A stretch of DNA of 64,000 nucleotides from IMG/VR virus record IMGVR_UViG_3300040801_001435; one strand, 5' to 3'. The notes below the pieces were generated by a model. The model was not told where the DNA came from, did no database searches, and saw only the letters and a list, made by a program, of their open reading frames with translations. Made by a program: the position numbers and the translations under genes. This document shows positions 29,910 through 40,820 of the stretch, piece after piece; within the stretch, counting starts at the first letter, position 1; the number at the start of each line of letters is the position of its first letter. This DNA is from a virus.

Positions 29910-30154
29910 TTTCTTTCTCCTGATAAAAATGCCCGTTTAGTAATTTCAGACATTTTTATTAAATCATTGATATTTATAGAAGGATGGTGTTTAATTAAAT
30001 ATTCATTTATTGCTCCAATTAAATCACTAAGTTCAAGAAGAATCATTAATGATGATTTTTGTTCTGAAGCGTCGTACACTTCATCTAATTCTTCTTTGAT
30101 TTTAGATATTTCACCAACCTCGCCTCTTTTGATTTTTTTAATATGATATCCCAT
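29906..30154 (-). CDS. MazG-like all-alpha NTP pyrophosphohydrolase
   Basis: KIKEELDEV...LELSDL acidic pattern; start probably ATG 30154; ATGA-coupled to the aaRS-like gene. Confidence 0.6.
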   Translation of the reverse strand: MGYHIKKIKRGEVGEISKIKEELDEVYDASEQKSSLMILLELSDLIGAINEYLIKHHPSININDLIKMSEITKRAFLSGERN

Positions 30155-30387
30155 AATAATATAAATAAAAAAATTGCTCCTATAATAGGAGCATGTTTGT
30201 TTTTTACCACCATACATATTCATGTGGATTTTCTTCATCAACCACTATTGTTATTCTTTCTTCGTCTGTTAATACAGTTTCTGCACATTTATCAATATAT
30301 CCACAAAAACTACATTTGGTGTATTGTTTTGTATCTATTTTTAAATTCAATTCAAATGCAATGATGCATTTTTTACATATTGTACAT

Positions 30388-30789
30388 TCACGTTCCAACC
30401 TTTTTCACACCCGTTCCTTTACAATGTTGACATAGTTCTAATGGTGAATTTATAACAGCCATTATTTCTTCTAAATAATTATCTATTTTTTCCAATAATT
30501 CTCGTTCTGAATCTGCGGTTAATCCATCAATTATTGTATATCCTTTATATTTTTCTCGATCATGAGTCATTTCAAAACATACAACATTAAGTTCTTGTTT
30601 ATAACTGGTTTTTAAATTACTTAATGTAACATATTTAATAGGATCAAATAGTTTTAATGTTTTTTTAACCCCAAAACAAAAATCACAATCGGATGTTATT
30701 GTTGCATATTTTGGATCAATGTTTAACTTAATATAATCTCTAACAAGATCATACATATTTTTTGATGATATTTTATATTGTTTATTCAT
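30388..30789 (-). CDS. hypothetical protein with C-terminal DnaJ-type CxxCxGxG
   Basis: CQHCKGTG. Confidence 0.6.
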   Translation of the reverse strand: MNKQYKISSKNMYDLVRDYIKLNIDPKYATITSDCDFCFGVKKTLKLFDPIKYVTLSNLKTSYKQELNVVCFEMTHDREKYKGYTIIDGLTADSERELLEKIDNYLEEIMAVINSPLELCQHCKGTGVKKVGT

Positions 30790-31312
30790 CTATTCTTCCG
30801 ATAAAATTGACATTAAATAATTCACTGTCTTTAATCATCATCTCTTTTTCCTCATCGCTATAATCTTCAAATTGTACGATTTTTTCTTTGATAACATCAA
30901 TTTCATCTGAATCTCTCAATTCATTAAGTTTTCCAGTTAATATTGCGTTGTTAAGTTGTTCTTTAAGATCAGGTATTGTTTTACATGGAATTCTATCTCT
31001 AAATGGTATATTTTTCATATCTATACACATATTTCCATTTTTATACCGACACCTACAAAATGGAAGAACACACGGGTATTCTTTTAAAGAATCTCGTAAT
31101 TTGTCTGCTAATTTTGATTTTGATGTTGCCAAAATTGAATGACATTTTTCACATTTATATTCAATTTTGCCTTTTGTCGCAAATTCATAATCACCATCAT
31201 AGTAAAATGTTGAGCCACATGGATCAAATCCACAAATTGTTCGTTTAGTTATAACATTAGTTTTAGTTTCAATAATTGTTGTTGGTTTATTACAATGTGG
31301 GCATGTTATCAT
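30782..31312 (-). CDS. Cys-rich Zn-ribbon protein
   Basis: CPHC, CEKC and further Cys. Confidence 0.55.
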   Translation of the reverse strand: MITCPHCNKPTTIIETKTNVITKRTICGFDPCGSTFYYDGDYEFATKGKIEYKCEKCHSILATSKSKLADKLRDSLKEYPCVLPFCRCRYKNGNMCIDMKNIPFRDRIPCKTIPDLKEQLNNAILTGKLNELRDSDEIDVIKEKIVQFEDYSDEEKEMMIKDSELFNVNFIGRIDE

Positions 31313-31549
31313 TTTGATGACCTTTCTTTAATTCTATTGATCTGGATCGTGCTCCAACAAATTTATATACTACCTCGCCAGTTTCAAAATTTCGTCGAAA
31401 TGCTCTATAAACAAGATAAAATTCATGTATTGTTGTTGGTTGTTCTGTTCTTAGTGTCATTTCAGATGGAACAGGATATATTATTTCTGATCCCACTTCT
31501 GGATAATCAGATGGTAGTATAATATATTCTTTAATTGGGTTCAAATCGT

Positions 31550-32383
31550 TCATAAAGATACCGTTCGATATTCATGTTCTGCTATAGCAGACACATTATC
31601 AACTATTTTTTTTGGATCACATAAATATAATCCACTTCCACTAAATTGTCCTATTTCTAGAACATACCAATTTTTATCAAATTTTGCCTGACATATATCA
31701 AGAATCCAAACTGGATCTGGATTAAATTCAGAGGCAACTCTTTCAGCAAGATCCCATGCTTCGTTAGGGATGTCTATTGATCTTATTGATTGATCACACA
31801 TACGATACATACTTGCTGTGATAGGTTTGCCACCACAAATTACAAATCTATATTCACCAAGAATCGTTATCGGTTCAGCAACAACAATTTCTAAATTATC
31901 GTTATTATCTACGGCTAATGTTTCAATATCTGTGTGGAAATGTTCCCACATAAGTAATTTGCCTGTGAATGATTTATCATTATCACATGGTCTTGTAAAA
32001 ATACAATCATCAATAGCATATGTGTCAAATATCTCTTTATGTGTTTGTCTGAAATTGGCAACTGTTGTTATTTCATATTTTTGATTCAAAATGAAATCTT
32101 TAAGACTCGCATAATAGTTTTTACAATCGTATTTTGGATTGTTATGACCAATTACTCCTGGAACCCATCCAGGATAATCTTTATGAAGAACTTCACAAAG
32201 AGATATTGTTGCAATTACAACACAAGCACAATTTAGAGGAACATCGATTAATTCATTTTTGTTATATTCATAAACATTGCCAAGTGTTATTACTTTATAA
32301 TCATTATCAATTAGATATTGTTTAATTGCTTTAATATCGTCATCGTTTCTTTTGAAATCACCAAATACCCAAATTGGTTTCAT
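31550..32383 (-). CDS. ATP-grasp protein (DUF4343-like)
   Basis: IFTRP..NDKSFTG, EYRFVI, WILDI, LEIGQFSGSGLY. Confidence 0.8.
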   Translation of the reverse strand: MKPIWVFGDFKRNDDDIKAIKQYLIDNDYKVITLGNVYEYNKNELIDVPLNCACVVIATISLCEVLHKDYPGWVPGVIGHNNPKYDCKNYYASLKDFILNQKYEITTVANFRQTHKEIFDTYAIDDCIFTRPCDNDKSFTGKLLMWEHFHTDIETLAVDNNDNLEIVVAEPITILGEYRFVICGGKPITASMYRMCDQSIRSIDIPNEAWDLAERVASEFNPDPVWILDICQAKFDKNWYVLEIGQFSGSGLYLCDPKKIVDNVSAIAEHEYRTVSL

Positions 32384-32620
32384 GTTAGTTTAATCCCTTG
32401 TTCATTTTTTATGAGTTCTAAGAATTTATCAACATTAAATGTTTCTATATTATCAATATATATTTGATCGTCTTCACAATATATTCCACCACCAATACCG
32501 TCTGCCTGTTCTATTAATTTCAATAAGTTTTTTAATGATACAATGTCGATGTGTATATTATCAAATTCTATACGAGTTTTATAATTTTTTATAATTATTC
32601 GTGTTATTATAATGTTCATA

Positions 32621-33058
32621 TTAAAACCCAGTTTGTCTTGTATAAAAGTTTATATTGCCTGTACCAATAACTGACAATTCTTCATCAGTGTGTGTTACAC
32701 CTTCGTCTATATATTCAAGTATTTCAACTTTCATTTCAACAGTACCATCAAAATCTGGTATAAGTGTTGTAGTCCAACCTCTTTCTTTATGATAATCAAA
32801 ATCTGGATTATATGCCAATACTTCATCTAAAAGAAATACACTTACAAGTCCAGCATCAGCACAAAATTCACCAATACTTTCACCTGTATCTGAATTAAAT
32901 GTTGTACACGACCAATCGCCATATAATGTGTCTCGTGTAATATATGTATGTATTCCAAGTACTTCCATATTTGATCCATAATTACATTTTTCCCAATCAC
33001 TATCTTTTTTCATTATGTAACATGGGTCTGTTATGATTATATCGCCTTTAAATTTCAT
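32621..33058 (-). CDS. hypothetical protein
   Basis: IIITDPCY...YGDWSC...FCADAGLV. Confidence 0.65.
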   Translation of the reverse strand: MKFKGDIIITDPCYIMKKDSDWEKCNYGSNMEVLGIHTYITRDTLYGDWSCTTFNSDTGESIGEFCADAGLVSVFLLDEVLAYNPDFDYHKERGWTTTLIPDFDGTVEMKVEILEYIDEGVTHTDEELSVIGTGNINFYTRQTGF

Positions 33059-33830
33059 GATTATTATTCTCCCAATTTAAATTTGCAGTTTCTGTTTTTC
33101 CACAATATTGGCATTGTCTTTTAGGTATTTCCCCTTCAAAATAATACTTGAAATCATGACCAATTGTTTCACACGTCTCGTTGAATATTTTATCAAATTT
33201 ATTTATAACATCAGTAAAAATATCATCTTGTGTAATTTTTTTAATCTGTAAAATTATCTCATGAGCAACATTAAGTGCTCCCATTGGTGATACATGTAGT
33301 TGTATATATTTATACTCTTTATCATTTTCTTTAATTTCAAGAATATTATCAAATATTGGTGATAAATCTATAGAAATATGGTTATCATGTCCAACATATA
33401 CTTGTCTACTCATTGAATAATTCATTTTTGTTTCTATATTCATTTGTATACTCCTGCTTTTTCAAGAAATTTGTAACAAGCAATTTCTCTATTTATTATA
33501 TGATTACTTGGTGTATTAACATTTTCCTTACAGAATTCACATTGCATAGTTTTGAAATCGTTTTCGTCATCAATATGCCATAAAAAATGATTTCCTTTAG
33601 AACAATATTCCTCTTTTACGAAACTCATTAGTGTGTTAAGAGTATTATCAAGAAGAGTTCTAAATCCAGCGTATTTATTTTCTTTACCAAATTTAATAAT
33701 ATTGATTAATATTCCAATAAGATCTTTTTCTGTTATATTAATTGAACTAGATAATTCACCTTTGATTAATGTTACAAGTTTATTTTTATCTAATGTTATA
33801 ATGTTCCCATTATAATCAGCATATAATTGT

Positions 33831-34295
33831 TTAAACATTTGTGTACTCCGGGAACTTTTTAAAAATTAAATCCAGCTTGTCAATTATAGTGTATGCATAT
33901 GAACTAATTTTTTCTATTGGTGAATTACAAAGTGTTTGACATAATTCATATAATCTATTCATACATTTGATATCTGTTCTTGCAATATCCCATAAGTTGC
34001 TAAGTTCATCTAATACTATTTTATAATCATCGATATAATTCATTATTCTTTCAAATGATCTCTGTTTACATACGTCAATATACTCTTTTTTATTTTTGTC
34101 TGTTATATCCATTTGACATGCTCGTAATCCAGATTACAAAACATAGATCATACAATCATCCGAGTCAGTTCCATAGTCAAAATTATAATATCGTCGAACA
34201 ATTCTACTCGGTTTTGATTTTGCTCTATGTGATATAATTACAACAACTTCGTCACCGATATTATATTTCTGTCCTGGTAGTTTTTTAAGTTCCAA
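33831..34295 (-). pseudogene. gene interrupted by an in-frame TAA at 34134-34136
   Basis: TTG 34295 frame (KYNIGDEVVV...MIYVL*SGLRACQMDITD) is continuous with track ORF 33831-34112. Confidence 0.5.
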
Positions 34296-34474
34296 AATAG
34301 TTTTTCACCCTTAGTAGTTTTTTAATCATAATATCTAATTGTTCTATTGGAATATTTTCTTCTGAAAAAGTGCAATTACATTCTTCTGGACAATTATAAA
34401 ATGTGTCTCCTGTCTCTATATTAAAACATGGCTCTCCATCTTTATTAAATGTTGGCTCAATGTCAATATAGAAG

Positions 34475-34828
34475 TTATCTGTTTTGATTATAGTTTCCAT
34501 ATCTATCCTTAAACATTTTTATAATATCGTTAGATTTACTATTTCGTGCTAAACATCCCATAATAACTAATGAATTATCACACATCCCTTCTGGGTAATA
34601 TTCTAATTTACCATTTTCAAAACATTTGATAAGTGTGTCTTTATATTTAAAAATAATGTCAGTGTGATTAATATACCCGTGTTTAATTAATAATCGAATT
34701 AAATATATAGCTGATTCATTTCCGATAATTAAATTCGTTGGATTTTTAATATATTCAACCATAAATGAAAACCATTCACCATCAGGCATAACCATTCCGT
34801 TTATTGGATCATATTCAATAGTTATCAT
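34475..34828 (-). CDS. hypothetical protein, tandem paralog B
   Basis: MITIEYDPINGMVMPDGEW. Confidence 0.7.
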   Translation of the reverse strand: MITIEYDPINGMVMPDGEWFSFMVEYIKNPTNLIIGNESAIYLIRLLIKHGYINHTDIIFKYKDTLIKCFENGKLEYYPEGMCDNSLVIMGCLARNSKSNDIIKMFKDRYGNYNQNR

Positions 34829-35123
34829 ATGATTCCTTTCTATTTAGTTTAAACATTTTAGCAAGTATAATTTCTTCATGGTCGCAAAACCCTAATGGCC
34901 AATCAGATAAATTTCCTTTAGCATCAATAGTTAATATAGTATCTTCAAATTTTATTTGTAATGAGTTACAATCAATAATTCCTTTAATGATAAATAATCT
35001 AAGAGTATATATTCCGAGAGCTCCACCAATAACACAATTGTGTTTATTTTTAAGTAAATATTCTTCCCATTTACTATCTGGGACAACATCACCATTTATT
35101 GGGTCATATTCAATAGTTAACAT
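34815..35123 (-). CDS. hypothetical protein, tandem paralog A
   Basis: MLTIEYDPINGDVVPDSKW. Confidence 0.7.
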   Translation of the reverse strand: MLTIEYDPINGDVVPDSKWEEYLLKNKHNCVIGGALGIYTLRLFIIKGIIDCNSLQIKFEDTILTIDAKGNLSDWPLGFCDHEEIILAKMFKLNRKESYDNY

Positions 35124-35791
35124 GTAAAACCTTTCAGTTATCCTACAAACATAACTTCGTCTGATATATAATTAAAATTACATTTCGAACAGACATATTT
35201 GCATTGATCGAACCCATCTTTTCCTTTTATTTTTATTTCTTTATAATGTTTAATACTTTTGCATTTCGGACACATTTTTGTTCCAGGTTTAAGTTTCTCT
35301 TCAACTAATACAGATACTAATTCTGCTAATTTAATTGTTTCTCCGTTGTTGAGTTCCATTAAAATACCAACAACGTTTAATGGGTTTGTTTTCAAAATTA
35401 ATTCCTCTCGGTTATCGTGTTATTTATTTAAGCATTTTATTGCGCCACACTGTGCCTCCATTAAGTATAATATCAAATTTATCGTTAATTAAATAAATAT
35501 ATCCAAATGTGTCTATCTGCAATTTTGTATATACTGATAATTCACACAGGTCAATCGGATTTGTATTCCTGAAAAAGTAATCTGTTATTATATCCAGAAC
35601 TTTGTGATACCATCTCTCCCGGACAACTCTGAAATTGATTTGTTGACCCTTTATCTGCAATACTGGCTCTTGATTTTGGTCCATTTTTGTATATCCCCAC
35701 ATTTTCAATTATTTTAAGCATTCTTTTTAATTCGCGATTAGATCTTAGTTTTGCTTTATCTGACATTTTGTCTCTTAAAATACTAAAAGGT

Positions 35792-36313
35792 TTAGCCATA
35801 ATAATTCTCCAAATCAAGTATTCCGATATTAATAATATTTAATTCATCAATGTATTTTAATTTCAATTTTTCCAGTGGATGTTGATTGGTATTTGCCGTC
35901 TCCCATTTTGATTTTATTGTTTTCATTGAATTATAATTTTTCAATCGCTGTTTCATCGGTATTTGATCGTCACAAGATTTTGCATAACCACAGTTGCACC
36001 AATATGTATAATTAGTTACAGATATATCAAAATATCTAACTTTAACTAATATACTATTACAATCTGGACATAATTCTTTGCCCTTTTTGATATTGTCTAT
36101 ATAACCATTCGCATAAATTTTAATTAAAGAATCATCTATGATTTCTATCTTTTTTTCAAGTATATACTTTAACCAAACAAGACCAGATTCACAATATCCG
36201 CAAGAATCACACTCGTATGTTTCATAATGTTCTGAAATTGGAGTTGATATTTGTACTTTGATATTATCATTTGATACACCACATTTTGGACATTTCTGTT
36301 CAATTATACTCAT
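35792..36313 (-). CDS. double Zn-ribbon protein
   Basis: CPKC, CDSC, CPDC, CNC. Confidence 0.6.
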   Translation of the reverse strand: MSIIEQKCPKCGVSNDNIKVQISTPISEHYETYECDSCGYCESGLVWLKYILEKKIEIIDDSLIKIYANGYIDNIKKGKELCPDCNSILVKVRYFDISVTNYTYWCNCGYAKSCDDQIPMKQRLKNYNSMKTIKSKWETANTNQHPLEKLKLKYIDELNIINIGILDLENYYG

Positions 36314-36350
36314 TATAAATATCTCCTATATATCAGATATTTCAAATATC

Positions 36351-36644
36351 TCATTTTTTACGAAGTGCCTTTAATTTTGCGATAGTTTTATTTGTTTCCA
36401 ATTTAAATAGAATATTATATACTTTTTCAATTTCATTGAATCTGTCTTCATATCTTTTGAAATTTAAAGTATTCCATTTATCAATAGCTTCATTAATTTT
36501 ATTTGATGTTGGGCCTTCCGCATTACAACCATCACAGTACACATTATGTCTATATTCAACAGTGTGACATCCTTGCCAACTGTCAGTTTCCAAGGCAACA
36601 TCATTGGATCCACAAAATGGACACTCTAAGATCTTTTGTTCCAT
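36351..36644 (-). CDS. Lar-family restriction-alleviation-like protein
   Basis: LECPFCGS...CDGCNAEGP....EAIDKWN. Confidence 0.7.
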   Translation of the reverse strand: MEQKILECPFCGSNDVALETDSWQGCHTVEYRHNVYCDGCNAEGPTSNKINEAIDKWNTLNFKRYEDRFNEIEKVYNILFKLETNKTIAKLKALRKK

Positions 36645-36898
36645 AATTCAATCGCTTCTAATTCAGTAGTAGCACCAGGGCCTTCACCAGTACAATCATT
36701 ACAATACATTGCAGTTCCATTATATGCAATATTTGAAGATTCCCCACAAAATGGGCATGGTAGTATCTCTGGCATTTTTTCTTCTACATCAAATGTTTCT
36801 TTGATGTAGTCATGCAATGTAATCATTCTTTCAAGTTTTGATGACCATAATTTTGTAAGATTTATATCTATGTGAATTGTCCCTATAGCCATTACCAT
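36626..36898 (-). CDS. Lar-family restriction-alleviation-like protein
   Basis: LPCPFCGE...CNDCTGEGP....EAIELWNKR. Confidence 0.7.
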   Translation of the reverse strand: MVMAIGTIHIDINLTKLWSSKLERMITLHDYIKETFDVEEKMPEILPCPFCGESSNIAYNGTAMYCNDCTGEGPGATTELEAIELWNKRS

Positions 36899-37098
36899 AT
36901 CTCCTTTCCTTGTGGTGGACCACTGTTGATTTCTTTGTGAATATTTTCAGGAGTAATTTTATCCAGCAACTTGTCTATTGGTTTTCGTTTTACTCCTAAT
37001 CTATCAAGTTCTGCGTCAGTAAAACATGTTTTAGATCCATTATTAATAAGATATTGTAATGTTTCTCGTATACTTTCTTTAATTGATTTTCTCATGCT

Positions 37099-37350
37099 TT
37101 ATTCCTTTCCATATACACTATATAATAGTCCCTTTGCTTTTTTAGTCAATTTGTATGATTGGTCTTCATTTTCAATGATCAATCCTAAATTAATAGCATG
37201 TTGTGGTTTACTTTTAAGAATAATGTTATCAAGTGTTTTTGTTCAATTGCATAAATAAGCATTTGTGCCAATTCTGCTTCAGATTCATTTTTTCCTAATA
37301 ATCCATATGGGTGTTCTGTTGGAATATTAAAATCTTCATAAAGTAATCAT
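37099..37350 (-). pseudogene. frameshifted small gene
   Basis: AGGAG RBS and ATG 37350; protein-like segments (YEDFNIPTEHPYG..., TLDNIILKSKPQ...YGKE) lie in different frames, joined at the A5 run 37236-37240. Confidence 0.45.
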
Positions 37351-37468
37351 ATAATCTCCTTAGTTGAAAAATAAAAAACATAGTATATCTGATCCACATA
37401 ATGCTTATTTCTATATATTAATTGAAATAATTAAATAGATATTCATAATTATTTATTAAAAAAATATT

Positions 37469-37491
37469 ATTGCGGCAAATTTCGCCGCAAT
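37469..37491 (-). terminator. hairpin built on the CGCCGCAAT motif
   Basis: attgcggc-aaatttc-gccgcaat just downstream of the 37498 stop. Confidence 0.55.
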
Positions 37492-37888
37492 TAACCATTA
37501 ATATTTAACATATCGTGGAATTTCTTTATTTTCATTCAAAAGGTATTGTCCAAGAAGCCACTTTCGCATAAATATATCATAACACTTTTTACAAAAAGCC
37601 ATATCAAATGCTGTGTATATTTTTCTATCAGTAACAACTTTAAGTCCATCAACTCTCATTTCATAGTAGTCTGTTCTAATACGTTCATGTTTATATAATA
37701 TATTATCACAATTAATACATCTAATTTCAGATAATGTAATATTTGGTGTATGATATTTCTTTTTGAGTTTTTCAAAAAACGCAAGTTCCTTAATATGGTC
37801 ACATTTGTGTGACGATACTTTTTCTTTATTGTCAAATAATTCATAACAATATTTACATTTAAACACTTTCTGTTCAACTAAAAAATCA

Positions 37889-38179
37889 TCAACATTCATA
37901 CAAGTTCCTCCATATTTTCATAAATTCATTACAATAAGTTTGACCAAATACTTCTTCCACTGAATTTTGGATTAGGAATTTAAGTTTTCTTTTGTTAATT
38001 CCTAATCCAATAGCTTTATTTGTGAAATCATCCCAATCACAAACAAGATTTCTTTTTTTCATTTCTTCCAAAATAATTTCAAGTGGTATTCCATAAGTAT
38101 TATACAAATAGAATACATCACCAATTACTAATTGTCCATCTGTTGTGTTACCAACAACTTTAGTTGGACATTTTCTCAT
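37889..38179 (-). CDS. alanyl-tRNA synthetase-like helical fragment
   Basis: GDVFYLYNTYGIPLEIILEEMKKRNLVCDWDDF vs AlaRS AFKLYDTYGFPLDLT....RGLxVDxxGF. Confidence 0.7.
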   Translation of the reverse strand: MRKCPTKVVGNTTDGQLVIGDVFYLYNTYGIPLEIILEEMKKRNLVCDWDDFTNKAIGLGINKRKLKFLIQNSVEEVFGQTYCNEFMKIWRNLYEC

Positions 38180-38730
38180 TTGTTAACTCTTTCACAAATC
38201 CATCAATAATATTTCTGACATCATCTGAACAATCATTATCCAAATATATTTTACAATGTCCAGTAACTTCAAAATATTCAATTGTTGCTTCACCATCATT
38301 TATTGACCATGTGGTTGGAATTAATATTGTTTTTGGTGGAATCATTGATATTTCAACATCCAACTTTTGTGTGTCCTCATTAAATGTTGTATTGACTTTA
38401 AATTCATTTTTATCAATATTTTGATTTATTATATCGGCAATATATTTATCAAAATCAATTTTATAATTATGTGCTGATGAAACATCATTAATAGCACGCT
38501 CTATATGGTTTCTACAATATTCTACAAACTTTTTTGCGTGTATTCTTTTCATAATTTAGACACATCAATACTCAATGTTATTTTTTTAATAGTTTTAAGC
38601 GGTATTATAGTCACAATTGTATCCATATAATAACCATTATCATAAAACCGATCTTCCCAAGTAAAATTTTCTATTTGCCCATTTTGTACTGCATTTTTTA
38701 AACTATCGTGTGATATGTCTTGTTGTGTTC

Positions 38731-39357
38731 TCATTTCTTTCTTCCATGATTTTTAGCAATAACTGGTTTTTTGTCCATTTCTTCTTTAATTTGTTCAAAC
38801 GATACCGGATAATAATTCCAACATTTAACGCCAACATCAAGTGACTTGCCCAAACTACACCAATCTTTTATAAGGTCGAATCGCTTAGCATGTTCTTGAT
38901 TCATATTATCAATTCTTCTCATTATCCAATTAATTGCTATTTCAACTTCTTGATAATCTATATTTAAGTCTCCATGACTATGGCCGTGAATTAACCAAGA
39001 TCCATAATGTGATCTTGGCCATATTTTCATTGCATAGTGACAAAATACCAAATGTTCTTTATTGAATTTCTTTTCAAATATTTCTCTATATGATGGATCT
39101 TTTTTCATCCAATAGTCATGAGATCCTCTTACGAAAATATGTTGACCATTCAATCTTTTGATTATTTTTTCAGTTTCGTCTTTGTCTGCAAAACTGAAAT
39201 CACCAACATGTATTGTTAAGTCTCGTTTCGTAACAATACTATTGTGGTTAGATATTAATGCGTCATGCATTTCTTCCATTGATGTAAATGGTCGTCCATC
39301 ATATTTAATAATGTTTTTATGAAAGTAGTGTTCATCTGCTGTTGCAAAAAGGTTCAT
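38731..39357 (-). CDS. calcineurin-like metallophosphoesterase
   Basis: ADEHYFH, HVGD, RGSHD, CHY, HGHSH. Confidence 0.9.
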   Translation of the reverse strand: MNLFATADEHYFHKNIIKYDGRPFTSMEEMHDALISNHNSIVTKRDLTIHVGDFSFADKDETEKIIKRLNGQHIFVRGSHDYWMKKDPSYREIFEKKFNKEHLVFCHYAMKIWPRSHYGSWLIHGHSHGDLNIDYQEVEIAINWIMRRIDNMNQEHAKRFDLIKDWCSLGKSLDVGVKCWNYYPVSFEQIKEEMDKKPVIAKNHGRKK

Positions 39358-40442
39358 AGTATTTGTTTCCCTTCATTTCTTTTAATCTTCAAATCTTCAA
39401 TGGAAATTTTTCCATAAATTATATCATCAAGCAATTTATTATATTGTCTATATAGTTCTTCAATTGCTACTTTAAGTCTGATTTTTACAATCATTGATTT
39501 ATATTGGTTTGAAAAATACAAACTAGTTAAACTCCCAACTATACAACCAATTGCTAATCCAATTGTAAAATATTGCACAGTGATCTCCTTATCTTTTTAT
39601 AATATTATTTATAAAATCATGCTTTACTTTTCTAAGATTAATGTACGATGGTTGCATTCCAAGTTGCTGTATAATTTCTACAGCAGTTCCATTTATTAAT
39701 CCTTCCATTGCGCTATTTATAAGATCATTATCGGCACAAACTTGTTTTTCTTTATAAATTGCTATTGAAGTTCGAATACATGTTTTTAATCTATCTTTTA
39801 TCCATGCTTCTCTATCACAGTCAACGATTTTTGATTGTGTTTTAACACAAACTTCATTAGGATTAATTTTTGGTGAACAATTATCAGGCAATTCACGAAT
39901 ATCATATCCGTCCAACACCATTATTATATACCTCCCGTTATTGATAGTTGTCCAAATGAATTAATATTCCATGTTAGAGTTGCATCAGAGATATTTTGTA
40001 ATATTGTTTTTAGACCATCGATTGATGTTATTTTTGTTCCGTTAAAAGTAAACGCAGTACCATTGATTCCATGATCTTCTGTATAAAATATATCACCATA
40101 TTTTTTAACTAATAAATCATGATCACAATAGCTACATGTTATAACAAAATCTGTCCACTCTTGATGATATTGTTTATGGTCTACAAAATTTACTTTTTCA
40201 CAATGACAGCACTCAACGTTCAATAATATTCGTTTATATAGAAAATCTCTGGATATATTATCTGGCAGTTCAATTTTAGACATCTTTAATTATACCTTTT
40301 TTAATTAGATAGTCAACAAGACAAACTATTTGGGAACTTCTCATTCCTTCTTTAATTTTTGTTCTTTGGTCAATATATTTATCCTTATTAGTTTCCCATA
40401 ATTCTTGTAATTCGATTAGTACAGTTTCTCTTAATTTATCCA

Positions 40443-40670
40443 TTAGTTTTCCTTATATACAATATTATATGAATAGTTTGTATAATCTAAGATAGTTCCA
40501 TCATACAGATAAATAATAATGTAATCGGCTGTATCATGTACATCTTTAATGTCTTTCCCTGAATATGTAGCTATGATGGATCCTTCATCATGTATAGTTA
40601 CATGATCTATTTTTTTGTTGCATCCTATAAATAATACAACAATTATCAGTAGTAATATTAGTCTTTTCAT
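40443..40670 (-). CDS. putative lipoprotein
   Basis: MKRLILLLIIVVLFIG-C lipobox. Confidence 0.6.
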   Translation of the reverse strand: MKRLILLLIIVVLFIGCNKKIDHVTIHDEGSIIATYSGKDIKDVHDTADYIIIYLYDGTILDYTNYSYNIVYKEN

Positions 40671-40820
40671 TTTAACCTTTCAATTATAACTATTGTTTTA
40701 ATAAGAACACGTCCTTTTTCAGCATATCTTGAACAAAGTTGAGTTTCACTCTCACTTTTTCGAATCTATATCCTTTGCAATTGTTACATAATACAATTTC
40801 ATTAGTTTCTTTTTTACTTA

